Origin: a virus
Length of the DNA: 37,329 nt
Reading direction: 5' to 3' (one strand)
Virus genome (UHGV): UHGV-0230703
The notes under the pieces are model-generated. The model saw only the letters and a program-made list of their open reading frames with translations. It was not told where the DNA came from and did no database searches. Below, one piece after another: positions 1 to 6,372 of this stretch (positions within the stretch are counted from its first letter, which is position 1; the number at the start of each line of letters is the position of its first letter). The position numbers were made by a program, and so were the translations under genes.

Positions 1-262
1 ACATGAATTGGGACACGCTTCTAAACATCATGATAATTATTTTTTATATAACTTAGCATTCTCTCTACATTCAAAAATGGAATATGAAGCTGATCGCTTT
101 ATGATTGAAAATTTATTAGATAGCTATATTGCAAAATCTGAATTGGAACCACACAACATCAATTACATGAAATTTATCGAAGATAATAATTTAAGTGTTC
201 GCTTCGAACCGCTTGTGAAAGAATTATTAAAAGCTCGCATTTATTGTTATGTAGCTCTCTAA
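1..262 (+). CDS. immA: ImmA/IrrE-family zinc metallopeptidase, C-terminal part (continues from 37178..37329 across the window junction)
   Basis: Frame of ORF 8..262 is open back to nt 2 (cat gaa ttg gga cac = H E L G H); joined to the window end it reads ...KYRRQRTL-L-HELGHASKHH, an HEXXH motif; position directly downstream of an XRE repressor is typical of ImmA. Confidence 0.8.
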   Translation, partial: HELGHASKHHDNYFLYNLAFSLHSKMEYEADRFMIENLLDSYIAKSELEPHNINYMKFIEDNNLSVRFEPLVKELLKARIYCYVAL

Positions 263-283
263 TATTTTTTTAAACAAAAAAAA

Positions 284-295
284 GAACATATGTTC
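284..295. promoter_or_regulatory. perfect 12-bp palindrome GAACATATGTTC flanked by A-runs, between immA and orf103/int
   Basis: seen directly; no loop so not an RNA hairpin, more likely a dimeric protein-binding site. Confidence 0.3.
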
Positions 296-316
296 AAAAA
301 AGAAAGGTGAACTAAA

Positions 317-628
317 ATGATATATCCAGAATTCAAAGAATGGTTAGAAAAAAACACAATCGGATACGAAACATTTATCATCAAAGCTACTAATTATCAA
401 ATTGAAAAAAATAAAAATAGACCCCCAAAAAAACGCTGGGATGATAAGAAAATAGATAAAGCTGTATTAGAAATGTGGAAACAAGTCGTGACTAACTTGT
501 ATCAAACAATTCGTAAAGAAAAAGGAGTTCCATTAATTAACGGGAAGGAAATATGGCTTGAATTTATAGAGGAACAAGGACTGATCGAATTTTTCAATGA
601 TAGCATGGCAGAATTAGAATTTGAATAG
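317..628 (+). CDS. hypothetical Lys-rich 103-aa protein immediately upstream of int (same operon as cI-immA)
   Basis: ORF with RBS AAAGGTGA 7 nt upstream of ATG; ends 8 nt before int start. Confidence 0.6.
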   Translation: MIYPEFKEWLEKNTIGYETFIIKATNYQIEKNKNRPPKKRWDDKKIDKAVLEMWKQVVTNLYQTIRKEKGVPLINGKEIWLEFIEEQGLIEFFNDSMAELEFE

Positions 629-636
629 GGGTAATA

Positions 637-1788
637 TTGATGGCAATGATAAAACAATATAAAAAGAAAAATGGCGAAAAAGCATGGTACTTTAAAACTT
701 ATCTCGGTATTGATCCGCTAACAGGAAAGAAAAAATATACTACTAAACGAGGATTTAGAACACAAAAAGAAGCAAAAACAGCACTTTCTAGGTTAGAACT
801 AGAATTACAAAAAACAGGAATGCCCACAAGTACAAATACTACTTTCAAAGAAGCAGCAGAATTATGGCTAGAAAGCTACAAAAAAACTGTAAAAGAAAGT
901 TCATATTCAAGGACTAAAATAATCTTTAATAAACATATATATCCCAAATTTGGAAATATTAAGCTTTCTAAAATTAATACGGCATATTGTCAAAAGGTAG
1001 TAAATGATTGGAGTGAAAAAGGAACTTCAAAGCAGTACCCTCTTTTCATAAACTATATGAATAAAGTTTTTAAGTATGCTATAAATATTGGTTTAACATC
1101 TGATAATCCAACATTAAATTTACTTATTCCAAAGCCACAAATTAAAACAGAAAAGAAATTAAAATTATATACAAAAGAACAGTTGGAATTATTTCTAGAT
1201 GAAGTATCTCAAGAACAGAATCCATATTTTAAAAACAGAGACTATACGCTCTTTAGACTATTAGCATTCAGCGGATGTAGAATCGGCGAAATATTAGCAC
1301 TCACTTGGGACAATATTAATTTTAAAACAAATGAAATGGCCATTAAAAAAACTGTAGCTCGTTCAGATAAATACTATATATCTGAAACTCCTAAAACCAA
1401 AAAATCAAATCGAATAATTTATTTAGATGAAAAAACTATAAAGCAACTAAAATTTTGGAAGCTCGAACAAAGAAAGTACTTATTTCAATTAGGATTTACC
1501 AAAGCTAATTATTTGTTTACCAATGACGAAAATAATTTCACAATTAATCAGTCAGTGGCAGAAAGATACAATATATATCGTGAGCGTGCCGGCTTACCTT
1601 ATATCGGTCTGCATGGTTTTAGACATACACATGCATCAATGCTATATGAGGCAGGCGCAGATCACAAAGAAGTCCAAGAAAGAATGGGCCACGCAAATAT
1701 AAAAACTACTATGGACACATATACACACATTACTAACAGCAAAAAAGAAGAAACAACACAAAAACTAACAAATTATATTAACTTCTAA
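637..1788 (+). CDS. int: tyrosine-type site-specific integrase with AP2-like N-terminal arm-binding domain
   Basis: N-terminus KAWYFKTYLGIDPLTGKKKYTTKRGFRTQKEA (phage integrase arm-binding domain); catalytic signature R (GCRIGEILAL), HxxR (LHGFRHTHAS), Y (TMDTYTHI). Confidence 0.9.
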   Translation: MMAMIKQYKKKNGEKAWYFKTYLGIDPLTGKKKYTTKRGFRTQKEAKTALSRLELELQKTGMPTSTNTTFKEAAELWLESYKKTVKESSYSRTKIIFNKHIYPKFGNIKLSKINTAYCQKVVNDWSEKGTSKQYPLFINYMNKVFKYAINIGLTSDNPTLNLLIPKPQIKTEKKLKLYTKEQLELFLDEVSQEQNPYFKNRDYTLFRLLAFSGCRIGEILALTWDNINFKTNEMAIKKTVARSDKYYISETPKTKKSNRIIYLDEKTIKQLKFWKLEQRKYLFQLGFTKANYLFTNDENNFTINQSVAERYNIYRERAGLPYIGLHGFRHTHASMLYEAGADHKEVQERMGHANIKTTMDTYTHITNSKKEETTQKLTNYINF

Positions 1789-1791
1789 GAA

Positions 1792-1815
1792 AGTATGGTC
1801 AAAAGTATGGTCAAA
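1792..1815 (+). repeat. tandem direct repeat AGTATGGTCAAA x2 (putative integrase arm-type site)
   Basis: exact 12-bp period seen in sequence. Confidence 0.6.
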
Positions 1816-2018
1816 AAAAATCCCATAATTTACAAAAAAGCTCCATCCCTTGCCACACAAGAGATAGAGCAGTTTATTTATTAAGCTTCTTGAGCTACTG
1901 GATAAACAGACACTTCAATTATACTGTTTCCTGATAAGCTCTCAATTCTTCTGAACCCATGATGTTAGTGCTTTTCTTCTATTATTAAATATCTTGGAAT
2001 TTTCTATTCTTTCTAAAA

Positions 2019-2039
2019 AGTATGGTCAAAGTATGGTCA
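2019..2039 (+). repeat. tandem direct repeat AGTATGGTCA(A) x2, same orientation as 1792..1815 (putative arm-type site)
   Basis: AGTATGGTCAAAGTATGGTCA, 11-bp period; 215 bp from first pair. Confidence 0.6.
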
Positions 2040-2092
2040 CTATTGATAGAATGTTAATAGTAGTAGAAAGCTGATATCTAGGAGGAACTAAT

Positions 2093-2887
2093 GTGAGTAA
2101 ACAATGTGCAAAGTGCGGAGGTAAAATTGGCTTAACTTCATATAAAATCAAAGATAAACAAATTGTTTGCGGCAATTGTATGAAAAAAGCTGGTTACGGT
2201 ATGACTACTCCTTATAAAATAATAAGATCTTTGAATTTAGAAGATTTAGATAAGGATCCATCAGAAAAAAGAAAATTAAACATATCTGATCATACTGCAC
2301 ATAACAATCATGATATAGGTAATGATAGAATGAGAACCACTGAAGAGATGGTAGAATTTTGTCTTAAATACGGCTACGGTAAAGGAATGACTAAAAAATG
2401 GACAACTCATCATTTTAACTTAATATCAGATCAACTTAACAGTGACGAATACGTAATCTTCTGCTTTGTAGGATTGCATAATTATATCTCATCAACTAAG
2501 CATGACAATAATTATGCATACGCATTAACTAATAAACGTTTAATTGTAGCTCAACAAAAAATGATAGGCAATAATGTACAAAGTATTATATTAGACAATT
2601 TAAATAATATTAGTAAAAAAAGAGGAATGCTGTTGGGTACATTAACTATTGATACTCTTGGTAAAGTATTGAATGTTGCAGTTGATAAAGATACTGTTGA
2701 TAGGATAAGTGATTCTTTAAACGAAATTATTTATAATTTAAAAAGAAGAAATATTTCTGCTACAAATTCCAATACATCAACAATTTCCTCAGCTTCAGAA
2801 ATAAGAAAATATAAAGAACTATTGGATGATGGAATCATTACAGAAGAAGAATTTAATAAAAAGAAACAAGAATTATTAGATTTATAA
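2093..2887 (+). CDS. accessory protein: N-terminal CxxC..CxxC zinc ribbon, central bacterial PH-like domain, C-terminal SHOCT domain
   Basis: GTG start with RBS AGGAGG 7 nt upstream; MSKQCAKCGG...VCGNCMKK; ...ALTNKRLIVAQQKMIG... PH-like; C-terminus IRKYKELLDDGIITEEEFNKKKQELLDL matches the SHOCT consensus. Confidence 0.75.
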   Translation: MSKQCAKCGGKIGLTSYKIKDKQIVCGNCMKKAGYGMTTPYKIIRSLNLEDLDKDPSEKRKLNISDHTAHNNHDIGNDRMRTTEEMVEFCLKYGYGKGMTKKWTTHHFNLISDQLNSDEYVIFCFVGLHNYISSTKHDNNYAYALTNKRLIVAQQKMIGNNVQSIILDNLNNISKKRGMLLGTLTIDTLGKVLNVAVDKDTVDRISDSLNEIIYNLKRRNISATNSNTSTISSASEIRKYKELLDDGIITEEEFNKKKQELLDL

Positions 2888-2933
2888 TATCTATCAAAGA
2901 AGATGGGCATTTAATTTAGCTCATCTTTTTCTA

Positions 2934-2962
2934 TTTACAATACAAACATTTGTTCGTATACT
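2934..2962 (+). promoter_or_regulatory. sigma-A-like promoter TTTACA-17-TATACT for the 100-aa gene
   Basis: -35 TTTACA 2934..2939, 17-nt spacer, -10 TATACT 2957..2962, then RBS GAGGTGA and ATG 2982. Confidence 0.45.
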
Positions 2963-2981
2963 CTTTTTGAGGTGAACTTTT

Positions 2982-3284
2982 ATGCTGATGGAAGGAAAAA
3001 CACAATTATGGTTTAAATTTGATCCTTTGAATAGATTTATCAAAGATTTTTATAAAGTATGGGATTCAGAAGTTTTCTTTTTAGCAATCGAAGACAGTTT
3101 ATTAATCAATCTCTACTATTCTAATAAGAACTACTTTAAAATTCCTGCTGCGAAAACGAGAATGAAGAAGGATGTATACTTTTTATTTGATGTGGTGACT
3201 GACGTGCCGGACGCACGTAGCGATCATCGGCGTTATGACTATATAAAGTATACTTTCGTTGATCCAGAAAGGTATAAAGATTAA
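2982..3284 (+). CDS. hypothetical 100-aa protein, second gene of the plus-strand accessory cassette
   Basis: ATG with RBS GAGGTGA; own promoter upstream and hairpin terminator downstream. Confidence 0.7.
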   Translation: MLMEGKTQLWFKFDPLNRFIKDFYKVWDSEVFFLAIEDSLLINLYYSNKNYFKIPAAKTRMKKDVYFLFDVVTDVPDARSDHRRYDYIKYTFVDPERYKD

Positions 3285-3288
3285 AGTA

Positions 3289-3308
3289 GGCTACCTAAAA
3301 AGGTAGCC
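3289..3308 (+). terminator. hairpin GGCTACC-taaaaa-GGTAGCC after the accessory cassette
   Basis: perfect 7-bp inverted repeat 5 nt after the stop codon; U-tract weak (ttttat). Confidence 0.45.
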
Positions 3309-3513
3309 CGGAACGGATTTTATCACCATACTTATGAAAGGAGATATTTTTAAGTTAGTATTAAGATTGTGTAATATGATGATATCTATATTTTATAGTA
3401 TCAGTGCTATAAAATCAAAAATAAGTCACTAATTAACTATCACTCCAATTATAAGTCTTTTTTCCATTATTTTTTACAGTTATATGGTATGCTTTTTAAT
3501 GGCTTCAAATATA

Positions 3514-3575
3514 AAAGAGTTTAAAGCGTAACACACTTATTGGGGAGTGGTTTTTGGGGAACGCTTTAAACTCTT
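3514..3575. other. long hairpin: 15-bp perfect stem (AAGAGTTTAAAGCGT / ACGCTTTAAACTCTT) enclosing a 31-nt G-rich loop containing TTTTTGGGGAA
   Basis: seen directly; no coding potential; a related element is at 4059..4116. Confidence 0.5.
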
Positions 3576-3698
3576 CTTTATTATTATCTCACAATATAAC
3601 TCAAATGTCTTTCTATTTAAAAATCAAAGTAAAACTTTTCAAATATACAGAAGTATAACTATGTGAAACATCCTTTCATTAATCCATAAAAGGATACA

Positions 3699-3723
3699 TA
3701 AAAAAGCCACTCATTTGAGTGGC
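3699..3723 (-). terminator. rho-independent terminator downstream of the tRNA-like gene
   Basis: stem GCCACTCA/TGAGTGGC followed on the minus strand by TTTTTT. Confidence 0.6.
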
Positions 3724-3798
3724 AATGAAGAAAAGCTTTAGCTTGTATAATACTCTTCAAAAAATTCTAACACAGAACAATTCAATTGGCTACGTTAA

Positions 3799-3872
3799 TG
3801 TACCCTGTAGGACTCGAGCCTACGACCGGACGGTTATGAGCCGTCTGCTCTAACCAACTGAGCTAAGGGTAT
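3799..3872 (-). tRNA. tRNA-like gene, anticodon CAT (Met, or Ile via lysidine), with non-canonical A1/C72 and C54
   Basis: minus-strand cloverleaf ATACCCT-TA-GCTC-AGTTGGTTA-GAGC-A-GACGG-CTCATAA-CCGTC-CGGTC-GTAGG-CTCGAGT-CCTAC-AGGGTAC-A; D arm and anticodon arm canonical; CCA not encoded; followed by terminator 3699..3723. Confidence 0.5.
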
Positions 3873-4058
3873 GGAAAGCCACCACAACTCCTGCAAACAA
3901 AAAGAATGGACCTGAGAAAAGATAAATTATTTTTTTCATTCTTTACGTTGCGGTGGCATCTTTATTATTACATATTTAATAGCAAAAAACTAGATTGTAC
4001 TTATTCTTTGTAAAATATATTATTTTATGCTATTATTTCCAAGTCATAAAAAGAAAAA

Positions 4059-4116
4059 AGCTTCAGATACTTATCTTTTTGGGGAAAGACTCTAGGGTGA
4101 GGGAGTATCTGAAGCT
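4059..4116. other. long hairpin: 12-bp perfect stem (AGCTTCAGATAC / GTATCTGAAGCT) with 34-nt loop containing TTTTTGGGGAA, A-run before and T-run after
   Basis: seen directly; shares loop motif and architecture with 3514..3575. Confidence 0.5.
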
Positions 4117-4260
4117 TTTTTCTATGTTTATTATCTCACATAGTTATTTTTTAGTCTATTATTTGCTTAATTTTTTATATTATAATAATTTTATTTGATC
4201 CTTAATTAGTAACGAACTACTCTAAATTGCTAGCAATAATTACGGTATCTAGCTTAAAAT

Positions 4261-4286
4261 AAAAAAACACCTCAAATGAGGTGTTT
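4261..4286 (-). terminator. rho-independent terminator of csp
   Basis: stem AACACCTC/GAGGTGTT followed on the minus strand by a 7-T run, 12 nt after the csp stop. Confidence 0.65.
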
Positions 4287-4297
4287 AAAGTTCAACA

Positions 4298-4495
4298 TTA
4301 TTTTACAATATTTACTGCTTGAGGGCCACGTTGACCTTCTTCAATATCATAAGTAACTGCTTGGCCTTCATCTAAAGACTTGAAGCCTTCTCCCTGGATC
4401 GCTGAGAAATGTGCAAATACGTCATTTCCATCTTCTCCAGTGATAAATCCAAAACCTTTGTCTGAGTTAAACCATTTTACTGTACCGTTATTCAT
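4298..4495 (-). CDS. csp: cold-shock protein, CspA family (65 aa)
   Basis: [18 protein letters not shown]...DVFAHFSAI contains RNP1 (KGFGFI) and RNP2 (VFAHF) motifs; RBS GGAGGA. Confidence 0.95.
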   Translation of the reverse strand: MNNGTVKWFNSDKGFGFITGEDGNDVFAHFSAIQGEGFKSLDEGQAVTYDIEEGQRGPQAVNIVK

Positions 4496-4710
4496 ATATA
4501 TTTCCTCCTAATACGTATATAATACGTGTTTTGTTGCAATTAATATTACTTTGTAAAAGGAGTTTTTATAGTGTGAATATATCGCTCAGATTACGTTTCA
4601 AATTAGATTACTTATTTACTATAACATGGATGTAATGCTAACACAAGGATAAATATTCAATATGCGGTTTAATACAAAGAAGTAGGGTTAACATTTAAAA
4701 GAGTTAATAG

Positions 4711-4857
4711 CAGAACAAAAAAAGTTGTCAATATATAAAGCGAACCTATTTAGCTCATCGCAGCACTGCTCGTGGTTTTATTAGAAACAAGGCTACTCTT
4801 GAGGATTTGGAAGAATTAAAGAAGCTAATTGAAGAAAGAGAAAAATCCCTCACCTAA
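4711..4857 (+). pseudogene. start-less 48-codon ORF, apparent 3' gene remnant (…YLAHRSTARGFIRNKATLEDLEELKKLIEEREKSLT*) ending at the bidirectional terminator
   Basis: open frame bounded upstream by TAA/TAG with no ATG/GTG/TTG start until near its end; C-terminus-like sequence. Confidence 0.3.
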
Positions 4858-4876
4858 TATTGTAGTGAGGGATTTT
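4842..4876. terminator. bidirectional rho-independent terminator (AAAATCCCTCAC / GTGAGGGATTTT) between the membrane-protein gene and the csp region
   Basis: 12-bp perfect stem with an 11-nt loop; T-runs follow on both strands. Confidence 0.65.
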
Positions 4877-4883
4877 TTGTATG

Positions 4884-6254
4884 CTATCTGTTCATAACCG
4901 TTAATATCAAGGTACAAATACCTAGCATGGTTAACCCAAATTGCAACAATTCTTTTTTTTGTACACTCATACTTTTCATTAGCTCTTTAACTCCCATTAG
5001 TACTAAGATGGTAATAACAACGTAAAGTATATAGTACGTTCGCATTCCTGAAGCCCAGACCGTGGGAGAAAATCCCATAATTAATCTTGAGCAAAATCCC
5101 ATTATCATCAAAATAACTAAGAAAGTAGCAGTTCTTTTATTGTCAAAACTTAAATAAATTCCAACAACTAAACATAGTAACAACCCCAAAACTGCTAAAG
5201 TGGCTATCCAGGTACCAGGATAAAAAAGTGACAGTTTCGTTCCTCCCTCTGTAAAGAGATTATTCAGGTTACTACTACTCCAAATCATTGCTCTTTTATT
5301 TCCATGAACATAAGTAAAACTTTGTCCCATTGTATTGCCAAAATAAATAATCAAATTTAAGAAAAACGGCAATGCAGTCAATATACGTACATAGTAGTTT
5401 TGACATTTCCTATATGTTAAAAGGAATACTAGGAAAAATAGCAATAAAAATAAAATATTCGTGTCTAAAAAAAATGGCTTTCCAAATGATGAAATACCTA
5501 AGTCTAGCTTATTAAGAAAGTTGAAATCTTTATATTCAGGAAACCATTTATTAATTTCATGCGTAGCACGTAATGCATTCCCTGGAGTTGTCAAAGAGAA
5601 AATCAATTCTGCTAAACTTATTAGTGAAAATACTGATAACTTATAATTGTATCGCCTATTAGCAATCAAATACAGACTAACTATGCTTGTTAGAACAAAA
5701 AAACAGGAGTTGACTTGTTCTTGATTAGTTGAAAATATCAACAGAGGAATACTTACCCAATATATTTTTCTAGTTATTTCTCCCCCTCTTAAAAGTTGGA
5801 AAAACGGATAAAAGGCTAGTAAACTAAACGCTACTGGCCACTGATAGTTTAATGTAGTTGCTCTCCAACCCGTTTCCCCCATTACTGTTAATGGTATTAA
5901 ACAGTATATAGAACAAACTAATAACAAATTTTTAACATTTGTTTTCTCAAAAACATATTTGCAGAGTAATACTACAGTCCCTAACATAATCGTAGAATTT
6001 AATATTTTCCATAGCATAAAGTGTTTAGAAAAAAACATTAAGAATAGTTCCACAATAATTCTTGAACTCCATGTTTTGTAATGTTCTATCGAAGCACCCA
6101 AATAGCCAAGTTTATCTAATCTACTTGCGTAAGCTAAATCATCTGCTCTAATAGTCGGCATATACATATTAAAGAGCAAAAAGACAACCCAAATCCCTAA
6201 TAGCATCACGATCAGTTCTTTATTGTACATTATTTTTCTATTATGTTTGTTCAT
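4884..6254 (-). CDS. polytopic (about 12 TM) membrane protein with GT-C-like features; lysogenic-conversion / surface-glycosylation candidate
   Basis: start moved to ATG 6254 (RBS AAGGAG 8 nt upstream) from the track's TTG 6281; many hydrophobic helices; acidic RADDLAY motif in the first loop as in GT-C glycosyltransferases. Confidence 0.8.
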   Translation of the reverse strand: MNKHNRKIMYNKELIVMLLGIWVVFLLFNMYMPTIRADDLAYASRLDKLGYLGASIEHYKTWSSRIIVELFLMFFSKHFMLWKILNSTIMLGTVVLLCKYVFEKTNVKNLLLVCSIYCLIPLTVMGETGWRATTLNYQWPVAFSLLAFYPFFQLLRGGEITRKIYWVSIPLLIFSTNQEQVNSCFFVLTSIVSLYLIANRRYNYKLSVFSLISLAELIFSLTTPGNALRATHEINKWFPEYKDFNFLNKLDLGISSFGKPFFLDTNILFLLLFFLVFLLTYRKCQNYYVRILTALPFFLNLIIYFGNTMGQSFTYVHGNKRAMIWSSSNLNNLFTEGGTKLSLFYPGTWIATLAVLGLLLCLVVGIYLSFDNKRTATFLVILMIMGFCSRLIMGFSPTVWASGMRTYYILYVVITILVLMGVKELMKSMSVQKKELLQFGLTMLGICTLILTVMNR

Positions 6255-6352
6255 TTTTATACTCCTTATTATATTTCCCAATAGAGTATAACATAGCTTT
6301 AAGCGTTACTTAAAGATAACTTTTAAGTTATTTTTTAAATACTTGTATGTAT

Positions 6353-6368
6353 CCCCTCATGTGAGGGG
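6353..6368 (-). terminator. hairpin CCCCTCA-tg-TGAGGGG just downstream of the endolysin stop
   Basis: 7-bp G/C-rich inverted repeat; no clear T-tract. Confidence 0.35.
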
Positions 6369-6372
6369 CTAA

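Larger units (their letters stand above)
1789..2092. other. candidate attP region (int-proximal non-coding stretch bounded by arm-type direct repeats)
   Basis: 304 bp without ORF directly 3' of int; two pairs of tandem AGTATGGTCA repeats at each edge with extended similarity TTCTAAgAAAGTATGGTCAAA / TTCTAAAAAGTATGGTCAAA. Confidence 0.45.

Noticed and set aside
1792-2039. Direct repeats near int as a possible CRISPR array or att duplication
   Set aside because: Only two short tandem pairs of a 10-12-bp motif with no spacer/repeat architecture; the position and the integrase arm-binding domain fit arm-type sites instead.
3799-3872. tRNA-like gene as the integration core (attP overlapping a tRNA 3' end)
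   Set aside because: A complete cloverleaf with its own terminator is present rather than a 3' fragment, and the arm-type repeats are 1.7 kb away next to int. This is kept as an alternative only.
3995-4198. 67-aa plus-strand ORF
   Set aside because: It spans the 4059..4116 hairpin and AT-rich spacer, has no RBS, and its peptide is low-complexity; it is better explained as a non-coding structured region.
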